Positions 1-11,501 are shown, counted from the first letter of the stretch. The stretch: DNA of 32,645 nt from Rozella allomycis CSF55 (GCA_000442015.1 KE561199.1:1-32645), one strand, 5' to 3'. Made by a program: numbers and translations. Notes: generated by a model not told the origin, from the letters alone.

Positions 1-65
1 CCGCTTTCTGCGATAAAACATAAGCACTCAAAGGACAAAAACACTAAAAGAAAGAATTTAAGCAT
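1..65 (-). CDS. Signal-peptide exon of secreted/surface family, copy A (runs off the left edge)
   Basis: ATG at 65 reads MLKFFLLVFLSFECLCFIAES, near-identical to exon 1 of copy E (6173-6236). The phase-1 donor would begin at position 1. Confidence 0.8.
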   Translation of the reverse strand, partial: MLKFFLLVFLSFECLCFIAES

Positions 66-406
66 GTGGCTTGGTGAGAAAAATGATGAATCTATAAACA
101 TCCCACGGCATGGCTCAACTTAAACATAAAACAAACAAGACTAAGAACATGATTTTATTATATTGAGTTGAAGCCTGAAGGAAACTATCAGTGTAATCAA
201 ATTATTACCTTGATTAATTCAAAAGCTGGCCACTGGCCAGATCAAAGTAGGCCGCAGGGTCATAAAGAAATGATGAAATAGCTACAAAATTCAATATTAC
301 AAAATATAGCATATATTTATAGGTTTCAATAAATGGTATCATATCAATTCCTAGGCGTATAAAAGTATTGATGTATAATTTATTAATATTATTTCAGACT
401 ACGTAT

Positions 407-746
407 TCATTTAACTAGAATGGTCAGACCGCCTGCCACTATGAAACCAGCCGCTATCGCAATACCGATATACACAAACACCTTCGCCGCAGTGATTGAA
501 ACAGCAATCTCTTCAACATGATCACCATGTTGAAAGTATAAAGACAACGGGAGTTTTTCTCCTTTTCCAAACGGATAGTTCGCCCAAACTCCTTGGCAAA
601 AATCAACATCTGTTAAAATAATCTCTCCGCCAATAAACCAATTTCCATTTTCCTGATATTTTTTGTCTGCCTTTGCATTCAATTGGATACTCTGTTGGTG
701 AAATCCATGTTTTGGTGAAACGAGAGCGGCTTGAAAGCGGATAGAC
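407..746 (-). CDS. 3' part of surface family, copy B, with C-terminal TM segment
   Basis: Paralogous to 1391-1650 (GNWFIGGEIILTDVDFCQGVWANYPFGKGEKLPLSLYFQHG) and ends VFVYIGIAIAAGFIVAGGLTILVK*. The 5' part is lost at the N join at 747. Confidence 0.75.
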
Positions 747-928
747 NAAAATAGCACTGGTAGGGACAAAAAACTAATCTGTTTTGAAATTGTAAATTAT
801 ATAACATAAATTACACTAATTCAAAAGTTTCCACTGATTTTTATAACTATCATAACCAATACAATCTTTTTAGGCTTACAAATGCAAATCTACTAAGTTA
901 AATAAATATGTTTAATATTGATAATTTA

Positions 929-1127
929 TTAATGTTTTCTGCGATTGCGTAGTCGTTTAACTATAAAAGTTACACCTCCTGCCACAATCAATCCAGACAC
1001 TATCGCAATCCCGATATACACAAACANTTTAATGTCTGTTTATGTAAATTAAAGAATATTTACCGCTATTTGTTGTAAAACATAAGCATTCAAAAGACAA
1101 AAGCACTAAAAGTAAAAATATTAACAT
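929..1127 (-). CDS. Surface family, copy C (N- and C-terminal ends only; middle missing at N 1027)
   Basis: ATG at 1127 gives MLIFLLLVLLSFECLCFTTNS plus the same 28-nt intron as copy D. Left of N 1027 reads FVYIGIAIVSGLIVAGGVTFIVKRLRNRRKH* (TM plus basic tail). Confidence 0.65.
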
Positions 1128-1390
1128 GCTGATGTGGCTAGGCACAAAATTCAAAATTAGATGCATTATTTTCATGTGGCAATCCTTTTTACGAAAAGAA
1201 ATGAATTAAGTATACATCCAGAATACAGAAAATTAAAATAATAAAAGCTTACCAGTATCATATTTTTTTTCAATAAGTAAAGACTACTAAATAAAATCTT
1301 TTCTGACTTTTAAAAAAAAAGTTAAAGAATTTATTTATCATAATCTTTCAAATCAGCCAACGCGAAGGAATAAGCCTTGAGAATCTCTAN

Positions 1391-2018
1391 TGCCGGAGTG
1401 ATTGAAACAGCAATCTCTTCAACATGATTACCATGCTGAAAGTACAAAGACAACGGAAGTTTCTCTTCTTTTCCAAACGGATACTTCGCCCAAACTCCTT
1501 CGCAAAAATCAACATCTGCTAAAATAATATCTTTGCCAATAAACCAGCTGCCAGATATCTTTTGTCTGTCTTTGCATTCAATTGGATACCGGAACGACCA
1601 CACTCTGTTTGTGAAATCCATGCTTTGGTGAAACGAGAGCGGCTTGAAAGCAGATAGACTAGAGATATGGTGTGATAAAGCAACTTGGCCCTTTTCGACT
1701 CCCTTGTAGATATACTCTAATTTGGCGTTCACAAAAAGTTGGCCGTTGAATTCTCCAGCATCGGTGCCCTTGACAGAAAGATTTACTTTGATTCCGTTAT
1801 ATAAAAATTGAAAGTCTTTTACGTCTTTGTTTTTAACAGAAATTTGGAACGTGACCTTGTCGCCGTAAACCGAGACTTCGGTGGGCGTCGTTGTCTCCAA
1901 ATTCTTCTTGACAGTAAATTTAATGTCTGTTTATGTAAATTAAAGAATATTTACCGCTATTTGTTGTAAAACATAAGCATTCAAAAGACAAAAGCACTAA
2001 AAGTAAAAATTTTACCAT
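1391..2018 (-). CDS. Surface family, copy D (C-terminus cut at N 1390)
   Basis: ATG 2018 gives MVKFLLLVLLSFECLCFTTNS, intron 1954-1927 (28 nt, GT-AG), then DIKFTVKKNLETTTPTEVSVYGDKV..., in frame with ORF 1331-1900. Confidence 0.8.
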
Positions 2019-2199
2019 GCTGATGTGGCTGGCACAAAATTAGATGAATTTTTTTCATATGGCAAGCCTTTTTACGAAAAAGAACTAAATTAAATTTACG
2101 TCATCCAGTATTACACCAAATTAAAATAATAAAAGGTTACAAGTATCATATTTATCAATTCATGATAAATCTGGATTTACAAAAATCAAAAAAATTAGG

Positions 2200-5100
2200 A
2201 TGCTATATCGGTTTCGACACCTAAACAATTTCAAACGACCTCATTTCTTGTATATTTATTCGCGAAATATATCCTTGCGTCCTTTGATACGTATTGGCAT
2301 TGGATCCGGTTTTGTATCTGCTGGTAGCTACGTTTACACAAAATACAATCGTAAGATTCATAAAAGACATTTATAGAATTTACAAATACAATTAACAATA
2401 ATGTTAACTGGGTTTTTGAAAATATTAATCAAGCCAAGGACAGTATAACAAATTACAAATTGCATTGGGTTGGTGCAGAAAAGAATCACGTAAAGAATTC
2501 ACAGAATACTCAATCCCAAGGCGAAACAAGTGGAGAAGGGAATAATGACGCCCAGATTTTTACTACTGCAGGCATTGCTGGATACGTGAGCTCAGATGAT
2601 GAAAAGACGGAAGACGATAAAGAATCGGAATTCAGCTTAATTATTAAAAAGATGATTGACTTAAGGAATATATTAAAGGCATTGGGCCAGGACAATATGA
2701 TCACTCTTCCCAGTATTGTTGTCGTAGGTTCTCAAAGTAGCGGCAAAAGCTCTGTTTTAGAGTCCATAGTTGGACATGAGTTTCTTCCAAAGTATATATA
2801 ATTTTATGATATAATATAGGGGATCAAACATGGTGACTAGAAGGCCATTAGAATTGACTCTTGTGAATTGCGAAACGGAAGAAGATTATGCGGAATTCCC
2901 AAATCTTGGTCTGGGAAAAATATATGACTTTAAAAAAGTACAGAAAACGCTCACTGATTTAAATAATGCAGTTCCCGAAAAAGAGTGCATTTCCAATTCT
3001 CCAATTGAACTTTATGTCTATTCCAAAAATGTCCCAGATTTATCTCTAGTTGATTTGCCAGGATATATACAAATCACATCAAAGGATCAACCAGAGAAAC
3101 TGAGAGAAAAAATTATCGACCTTTGCGATAACTACATTAAAGACAAGAATATTATTTTAGCCGTCTCAGCGGCGGATGTGGATTTAGCAAATTCAGAAGC
3201 ATTAAAGAGGAGCAGGGCTGCTGATCCGTTAGGGACGAGGACTATTGGTGTTATTACAAAGATGGATTTAGTTGATCCGCAAAGTGGATATCAAATTTTG
3301 AATAACAAGAGTTATCCCCTTCCCATGGGATATATTGGTGTTGTATGTAAACCAGGCACTTCAGCATCATTTGAAACTAATTACTTTAAACAGAACAAAG
3401 TTTATGCGGATGATTCATCTGTCAGTGTATCTTCATTGCGCAAAAAATTGATAAAGACCTTGGAAGCCTCCATGAAAGATTCGCTGTCTTCGGTAAATGA
3501 AGCTGTTTTATCTGAACTTTCTGATGTTAAATATCAATTCAAAGTCCTATTTAATGATAGAGAAATATCGCCTGAAGGGTATGTTTCAACTATATTGGCA
3601 CAATTCAAGTCAAATCTAACGTCTGTTGCATCCCAATTNAGAGTCCATAGTTGGACATGAGTTTCTACCCAAGTATATATAATTTTATGATATAATATAG
3701 GGGATCAAACATGGTGACTAGAAGGCCATTAGAATTGACTCTTGTGAATTGCGAAACGGAAGAAGATTATGCGGAATTCCCAAATCTTGGTCTGGGAAAA
3801 ATATATGACTTTAAAAAAGTACAGAAAACGCTCACTGATTTAAATAATGCAGTTCCCGAAAAAGAGTGCATTTCCAATTCTCCAATTGAACTTTATGTCT
3901 ATTCCAAAAATGTCCCAGATTTATCTCTAGTTGATTTGCCAGGATATATCCAAATCACATCGAAGGATCAACCAGAGAAACTGAGAGAGAAAATTATCGA
4001 CCTTTGCGATAACTACATTAAAGACAAGAATATTATATTAGCCGTCTCGGCGGCTGACGTGGATTTAGCAAATTCAGAAGCATTAAAGAGAAGCAGGGCT
4101 GCTGATCCGTTAGGGACGAGGACTATAGGTGTAATTACAAGATGGATTTAGTTGATCCGCAAAGTGGCTATCAAATTTTGAATAACACGAGTTATCCCCT
4201 TCCCATGGGATATATTGTTGTTGTATGTAAACCAGGCACACCGGCATCCTTTGAAACTAATTACTTTAAACAGAACAAAGTTTATTTGGATGATTCATCT
4301 GTCAGTGTATCTTCATTGCGCAAATAGTTGATAAAGACTTTGGAAGCCTCCATGAAAGATTAGCTGTCTTCGGTAAATGAAGCTGTTTTATCTGAACTTT
4401 CTGATGTTATAATATCAATTTAAAGTCTTATTCAATGATAGAGAAATATCCCCTGAAGGGTATGTTTCTACTATATTGGCACAATTCAAGTCAAATCTAA
4501 CGTCTGTTGCATCCCAATTTTCTAAAAGTTCCATAAGAAAATTGATTAGAGATAGACTCGAAAAAAGTTTAATAGAAATTATTGCTCAAAACTACTGCTT
4601 TAATCCATCCATAAAGGCATTAGATAAAGAATCTGCAAGTGACCCTTATTGGATTCGCCAAGTTCAAATTGGATCTTCTTCTTTAGTTAAATCTGAAATA
4701 GTTAAAAATTGTACCATGGATCTTGTTAATGAAATGGAGTCGCAATTTTCATCTCTAGTCAACAAGGAACCTTTAGTGCATCATTCATCAACACTTTCTC
4801 AAATGGTGCAACTTGTTCAAAAGAAATTAAGAAATAANTTAGAAAGAAGTTTGATAGAAATTATTGCTCAAAACTACTGGTTTAATCCATCCATAAAGGC
4901 ATTAGATAAAGAATCTGCAAGTGACCCTTATTGGATTCGCCAAGTTCAAATTGGATCTTCTTCTTTAGCTAAATCTGGAATTGGTAAAAATTGTACAATA
5001 GATCTTGTTAATGAAATGGAGTCTCAATTTTCATCTCTAGTCAACAAGGAACCTTTTGTGCATCATTCCTCAACACTTTCTCAAATGGTGCAACTTGTTC

Positions 5101-5886
5101 AAAAGAAATTAAGAAATAAATTATATATCACAATTGAGCAAATTGAAAACGCCTTGAAGCCTTTAAAATGTGATTTAGAGTTTACACCGAACGACTGGTC
5201 GGTTGCAAGAAGCAGAGTCTTGTTTTTATTAGAAAAAAAATTAAAACAGACTGAATTAATTTTAGAGGAAATTCATTCAAGATATGACAAAAGAACACTG
5301 CTGAACGCTGTGGAATACCTGAAGAAACAAAGGTTAGGNNNNNNNNNNNNNNNNNNNNNNNNNNNNNNNNNNNNNNNNNNNNNNNNNNNNNNNNNNACAC
5401 ATTAAGACAAAACGATCTCGAATCTAAATACCACCCCGATGAATTAAGGTTTATCTCCATGCACAACTCGGTTATTACCTGCACCAACACAGACAAACAA
5501 AGCGACCTGTCGTTTCGGTTAAAACTACTCACCCAACGACTTCCAGTAAACGATAATCTTTATAGGTACAAAAAGGTCCTCACACCAATATGCCCACGCT
5601 GTAAAACTGAAAATGAAACAATTGAACACATCTTTATTTGCAATCATTCTATTCAAGTATGGGAATCATTAATCGAAACTTTTCTCTTACAATACAATAA
5701 CACGGCTAAACACAAAATCTGCCCTCTAATATTCAACGAAATCCTGACCTCGTTTCTTNCATGGACCCTGAATTTGCAAAAGAATTTGCTCATATCGCCT
5801 CTCAATTAAAGTTGCAAGAAAGAAAAGCCATTTTGGAAAAGGCTAGGTTTAAATTGAGTAGTTTATTAAACAGGGACAACCTCTAA
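2200..5886 (+). CDS. MGM1: Mitochondrial dynamin-like GTPase Mgm1/OPA1 (fragmented by assembly joins)
   Basis: Arg-rich presequence and hydrophobic segment from ATG 2200; introns 2351-2376 and 2792-2819 restore [36 protein letters not shown] and TKMD motifs present. The intact path is 2200-3638, 4839-5338 and C-terminus 5760-5886 ([24 protein letters not shown]). Confidence 0.93.
3640..4837 (+). pseudogene. Degenerate duplicate of internal MGM1 segment, bounded by single Ns
   Basis: Repeats about 2759-3638 and overlaps 4839-5117. It carries a 1-nt deletion near 4138, TAG at 4325 and 4361, a 1-nt insertion near 4410, and KSGIGK changed to KSEIVK. Confidence 0.8.
5397..5758 (+). mobile_element. 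Fragment of non-LTR retrotransposon ORF (zf-RVT-like Zn-binding region)
   Basis: [13 protein letters not shown]...[24 protein letters not shown] fits the CxxC..E..H..C..W motif found C-terminal to RT in LINE elements. It is flanked by an N run (5339-5396) and N 5759. Confidence 0.75.
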
Positions 5887-6122
5887 ATTCTTTATTCAAA
5901 TCTAGAATGAAAGTCTAGGGCTCTAGAGCATTTTAAGGAAAACATATTTTACCACCTGCTTATGGAATCTCTGGCCCTGGTAACACGAATTCCCTGTTCA
6001 ATCAATTAGCTCATGAATTGATCAAGGTCAATGTGAAGGCGGACATTGGTCACACTGATAGTTTCCTTCAATTCAATATAATAAAATCATGTACTTAGTC
6101 ATGTTTATTTATATTTAGGTTA

Positions 6123-6237
6123 AACCATGCCGTGGGATATTTATAGATTCATCATTTCACTTACCTAGCCACATGCTTAAATTCTTTGTTTTAGTGCTTT
6201 TGTCCTTTGAGTGCTTATGTTTTATCGCAGAAAGCGG
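6123..6237. repeat. Inverted near-identical repeat of positions ~1-118 (upstream region plus exon 1 of the surface family)
   Basis: ccatgccgtgggat(a/g)tttatagattcatcattt...agccacatgcttaaattc occurs here on + and at ~1-116 on -. Confidence 0.85.
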
Positions 6238-6774
6238 TAAGTAGTCTTTTATTTCTATAACGTAGACATTAAATTTACTGTCAAAAAAAATTTGGAGATC
6301 ACGGCCCCAAACGAAGTCTCGGTTTATGGTGACAAGGTCAAGTTTCAAGTCTCCGTCAAAAACAAAGACATAAAAGACTTTGAATTTTCATACGGTGGAA
6401 ATAAAGTAAAGCTTTCTGCCAAAGGCAATGACGCTGGTGAATTCAATGGTCAACTTCTTATGAACGCCAAATTAGAGTATGTCTACAAGGGACTCGAAAA
6501 AGGACAAGTTGTGTTATCACATAATGTTGTTACTCTATTAAGTTTTAAGGGGTTTTCGTCTAGGAATAGCATAAACCATAGTTCCAGTATTTGGTCATTC
6601 GCTTATCCGATTGTATGCAAAGACAGACAATATATTTTGGGAAATTGGTTGATTGGTAACAAGATTGCTGGAGAAAACGTCAATTTCTGTATAGGAGTCG
6701 AGGGGACCTATCGTTTTGAAAAAGATGAGGAACCATTTGTTCAGGGAGTCCTTTTTAACCGGGGAAAGTCCTAA
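6173..6774 (+). CDS. Surface family, copy E (inverted; no C-terminal TM)
   Basis: ATG 6173 gives MLKFFVLVLLSFECLCFIAES, intron 6237-6265 (29 nt), then in frame with ORF 6292-6774. It is clearly paralogous to copy D but diverges after YRFEKDEE and stops early. Confidence 0.8.
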
Positions 6775-6861
6775 AGCCTAAACCTTCAGTTTAGTGGCAA
6801 TTATTTGATTGAATTTTTTTAATATATGAGTCAAATATGAATTTGTAATAACAAAATTGAT

Positions 6862-8062
6862 TTATTTGCAGTGAGAGTTTCTCATAAAAATTACTATTTC
6901 AACCACTCCTACCACGACAGACATAAATATAAGGACAATAACTATCAATTCCAATGAAGTCGCTTAAATTAAGCCTTAAAATTTCATACCATGATGATTT
7001 GTGCTATGATCCCTGAGCATTTGTAGCAAGTCCGATATTACAGATACTCTCTGATTCAATACAGCGACACGCTGAGATACTTCAAGGTAACTTCTCGCTG
7101 CTAAATATAGTCTCTCCAAGTTTGGTTGATTCCAAAAGAATTCTGGTGTATCTGTGTTCATGCATATACATTTACATTACCTAGCACGTTTGAGACAAGG
7201 TTCACGTTTATTCTCACAGAAAAAAGTTCACCGATAAGTTTAGTTATTTCTTCCCTTGACAAGAACACATTGCCTTCTTCGGCTAGTTGCTTAGGAATGC
7301 CTGATGTCGCGTCAATGCTTTGTTGGACAAGGTCTTCAAATAAAGCAAGCTTAACCGATTGTGCAAGTGCATGACTTAGCGTTAAAAATGTTTTGGTTGA
7401 AGGTGATGATTTCAATGTTATTATATCATTGTAAATTCCAGACTTTGAGTGGGAATCATGAATGTGATACATTAAGTTATCTGTTTGAAATAGACTAGGT
7501 TCAACTGGCTTTAAAGACAAAGGAATCAGTGCCCTGCAAATATCGATCTCATCCTTTTCAGAGAGTCCCCAAAACACAGCAACTCCGTAATCAAATATAA
7601 ACAATTTGCCATTGAAATCATCGGAACTTTGTTTAGACTCTATATTTTGGTCCTTGGAAAGAACACTAGGAATACTTGGATGAAATGGAACATAAAGAGC
7701 TTCTTCAAATAACCTAGTCTCAATCAGCGGGATTGTGCTTTTCAGGAGTGTTGCTATATGTACTAAATCAACTAGGCAATAATTAAATACTATATATAAT
7801 ATTACTTGGCAAAACAATATGCGGAAACTCTATACACGGGAGGGGAATTTTCCTTCAAGTCATTATCCGAGAGAATATCATCCGAGTAACATGTTTCTCT
7901 ATCATCAGGTGGAAATATCACAAGTTTTTGATTGTTCTTGGTAGTGCGATTTACTTTATGATAATTTTTCTCGGATTTTTGATTCGGGGGCTCTTCTTCT
8001 TCATTAGTTCTCGATCTTTTATGAAGTAACGTTGAAATTTTAGAATTATTGATTTTGGCCAT
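6862..8062 (-). CDS. RMD1/RMD8 family (DUF155) protein
   Basis: RVSAYCFA, LFIFDYGVAVFWG, SHALAQSVKL and VLDTPEFFW..P.LE.LY...RSYLEVSQRV.VLNQR motifs plus a C-terminal TM (LELIVIVLIF). Introns 7180-7152 and 6989-6963; the first intron is anomalous (see findings). Confidence 0.88.
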
Positions 8063-8348
8063 CTGGAATTAATTACAATTACAATTTGTATATTTCACAA
8101 AATTGGCTTTGTTCAAGCTCATGGAGTTATTCAGAAAACCTCGTATTTTTAATTTTAGGCTAGGTTCAGCTAGCGCTAATGGAGTTATCAGAAGATTACT
8201 TTAGTCTATGGGTGTAATGACCATCGTCCTAACAATCTTTGTGGTACATGAACATCATGATCATACCAGCAATAAATAAATAAAATAAGTATTAAGTCAG
8301 CCTAAAAATTTTGCAGTGTAAGAACCGGTGTCACAAAAATTATAATAT

Positions 8349-10252
8349 TTATTTTAAGTTACTTCCATCTTTTTCCATTAAAGAAAGTAAATCTTTTGCT
8401 GATTTCGCCACTTCATAAGCTACTGCTGCAACCCGCTGTTTTGTAAGCTTATCTTGGCACCCTTTTTCACCTATGTATTCGGAGAAATTTCTGTTGAAAT
8501 ATCTTTGCAATTTTTCATTCGCTTTTATCAATTCATTTTTCCATTGCGATAATTCCGAGTAGGCATTGTCTTCAACCGAAACAAGTATGGAAACATTATT
8601 CGAAATGATTTTGGCACTGGATTCAAGATCTTTTATATTTGATTTGGCTTCTTTCAATGTTACCAACAAATCTTGAATATTTTGAACAAGGTCATTGGTT
8701 TCCTTTTCAAGCGCGACCTTCTTGACTTTAAGAATATCCCCTACCTTGATATTTTCATCTGAATTTTTTTGAATTCGAGATTTGGACTTTTTAGATTTTA
8801 TAAAATCAATTAGCTCCACGACTGTATCTGTTAAGCTGTTCGAAGCATCGTTAATCATTTCTAAATAAGAATCAATATATATCTACTGTCTAAATTTGGC
8901 TCTTCGCGACCAGTAGCACATTGTTTGGCGACAGTTATTAATGAAGACAACTTTGAGGACATAGTAGCTCTTAATGATTTTAAATCATCCTTGTTCAGGT
9001 TAATATTTTCTAATGTTGCGTAAAGTTCAAATTCTTCCGCTGACTCACTTATCTTACGCGCAATGTTAACTATTGTCTTCATGGAATCTAAAATATCCGC
9101 GGCCAGCCTAGAAGATGCAGCCGTCTGCATTTGGTCCATGGCGTTCAAAAAGTTTTGAAACAAAGATCCATCAAAATTGAATGATTTGCTCTCACTGTTT
9201 TCATGTACAGAAGCCGTGTTCTGAACATCATTGGCCTCAATTTTTCGTTGCGTTGGTTGTGCGTCATGATGGGTGATTTTTTCTTTATTGTTTTGTCCCA
9301 TCAAATCCAATCTCTTGATTAAATTAGCATATTGGTGTGATAATTGCGCAATACTTTTTCTAAGCTCTTCATTTTCTTCAAACAATCGCCTGTTAATCTT
9401 ATTTAAAGATATGTTAAGTCGTTACGTCTTCTTGTTTTTCTTTCAGTATTTCTAATTGTCTTATCTTTTCGTCGGCCTCATTAACGTTCTTTTCAACTTT
9501 TTTAAGTATCATTTTAGCATTTTATTAAACAATTACTTCTTCAAAGCCTTTTTGAACCTCCATCTGTTTTTTAAGACTGCCAATTTCCCTATTTATTGTC
9601 ATCAAGCTGTCTTCTATATCCAACATACCACTAACATTTTCCTTTTGGTATTTTGTTTCTATTTATACCTTTTTGGACTCATTTTTAAGCATATGTCCTA
9701 GATCATTCATTAAGTTATCGAGCGACTCGAGCGTTTCGTCTTGTGTAGTGACTTCGGGTTGATCTTAATTAATAACTAGGTAATAGCTACTTGTACATAC
9801 TTCCGGAAATCTATTTTCTATTTCGTAGTAAACATCGCTTGCCAGGTCCCTGAACTTGATTTCTGAAAGCGTAGCCAATTTTTGACGAGCTTGGTTTCTT
9901 TTTTGGTGAAATTCATCTTTTAACGGCAAAAAGGGCACTCTATATCGAATATTACTTGCTTACTATTAGCAGCCTTGCTCTCCCTTCTGTCAAGTTCATC
10001 AAATACATCGGTTGCAAGCTCGTGAAACTGAGAAGACGTTAATTTGGACAATTTTTCTTGTGCTGATTGTCTACTAACTGAAATTTGCTCTTTATCTATC
10101 TTTCATGAGAACACAAGAAATACCAATAGATAAATTTGATTGTAGGAATGAATATAAGGCTGCATGATAATTTTTAAATTTCTCATTAATGTTTGACCTA
10201 TAAAATTTACAAGCGAACTTTACGGTCTTCTATGAGGAAAGCTAAATGACAT
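8349..10252 (-). CDS. SPA2: Spa2/GIT-like polarity scaffold
   Basis: Two Spa2-homology repeats (SAQEKLSKLTSSQFHELATDVFDELDRRE; PFLP..FHQKRNQARQKLATLSEIKFRDLASDVYYEIENRFP), a coiled coil and a GIT-type C-terminus (AYEVAKSAKDLL). Six introns of 26-28 nt. Confidence 0.85.
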
Positions 10253-10279
10253 GAGTCGGAGTTATAAAATGTATGTAAA

Positions 10280-11226
10280 CTAATCTACTTTATTTTTGTC
10301 AAAAATAACCTCGAGGATATTTTTTCTTCTGCTAAAGTGAGCGACGGGAGATATTCCGACAAATTCAATGGGTAGATCTAAAATTTCTTTTCTGTGATTA
10401 ACGAAAAATGAAACTGTTGGACCATCATGTTCTAAACACAAGCCATCGACGTCATTCTAGGACTTGAAATAAAATGCGAAGCTTTACCGTGAACAAAGTT
10501 ACTTTAAAAACATTTTCGTCTTGATGCACTTTATAGAAATCGCTGCTTTCAGCCTCAACAATAAGCTTATCGCTTTTGATCGGGATATTGCTGTCAATAT
10601 TATCATTAATGGAATCTGGATCAGTGTGTTCCAATAAATTTTTAAAACACATGTTTTCCAAAATCTCATTGTTATTCCAAATGTAGTTTCCGCTGTATTT
10701 ATCTTCGAGCTGAACAAGGTAAATGATATTCTACAAGTATTGAGTTTGAGTTTTTGAATTACTATTTCGGGGATCGCTTCGTGTACCGTTTGCTTAATTA
10801 AACTCATAAACCTCTTTTCAAATCCAAAATCTGAACTCATGTGGTGTGAAATAGAAGGATGAACAAAAATATCCAACACTTTTTTTCTACTCTCATTACT
10901 GTCAGTCTCCGTTTCAAAAGAGTACGGCATTGGGCGAGTTTCATCCACAACTATGTCAATAGTGATGTTAGACAAGGACCAGTTTGGACATTTAACTTTT
11001 TCAGAAAGTAAAATATTGAGATATAATATAGATTTGTTATTTTCTAAATGGCATTCAAAGCTCTTGTACTTTTCAGCCATTTGTGATCGATCCAGGATAT
11101 GCCGGTAATGTTTGATAGCTTCTTTCTGTAAATTTTTGTATAACTATATAAATTTACGGACTATTGTACTGTTGGGTCCTTTTTCGCCAATTCTTCTAAC
11201 GAGTTCCACAATGAAGATAATTCCAT
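10280..11226 (-). CDS. PIH1-domain co-chaperone, PIH1D2-like
   Basis: N-terminus LWNSLEELAKKDP.LY resembles PIH1D2 (W.LLDDLA..DP..Y); LYLNI and DIFVHP segments; CS-type end AHFSRRKNILEVIF. Introns of 26, 32 and 31 nt. Confidence 0.65.
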
Positions 11227-11501
11227 TCGACGTTTGTAAATTTTAAAATTAAGACGCAAAATATTGTGTCAGCGGTATTACCCAACGCTATCTTGATCAA
11301 TTGTCTTCTATTAATTATTAGATAATTTCAAACGTTCATTTAAAATATCGGTTGAATATACTTATGTCTTTAGCCGTTATTTGAAGTACTAGACCACTAT
11401 CAAAATTATTATAATTTCTCACACTTAACGGGAAATATATTTCTAATTTTTTGAATGGAACATAAAACCCAAAAAAATGTTCATAACCCTGGCTTTAAAA
11501 A

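Larger units (their letters stand above)
747..5759. other. Scaffold joins (N at 747, 1027, 1390, 3639, 4838, 5339-5396, 5759)
   Basis: Sequence changes abruptly or restarts at each N, so these are contig joins of unknown size rather than ambiguous bases. Confidence 0.9.

Noticed and set aside
220-300. GC-richer patch with TGATGA, possible box C/D snoRNA
   Set aside because: No convincing D box, terminal stem or guide sequence was seen.
1331-1389. EILKAYSFALADLKDYDK* as the C-terminus of copy D
   Set aside because: It is joined across N 1390 and unrelated to the TM tails of copies B and C; probably the end of another gene.
4476-5405. Internal tandem repeat in the Mgm1 protein
   Set aside because: The repeat junction is exactly N 4838, so it reflects overlap between the degenerate and intact contigs.
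5459-5809. ORF 5459-5809 as a single gene
   Set aside because: It is a chimera of the retroelement fragment and out-of-frame MGM1 3' sequence across N 5759.
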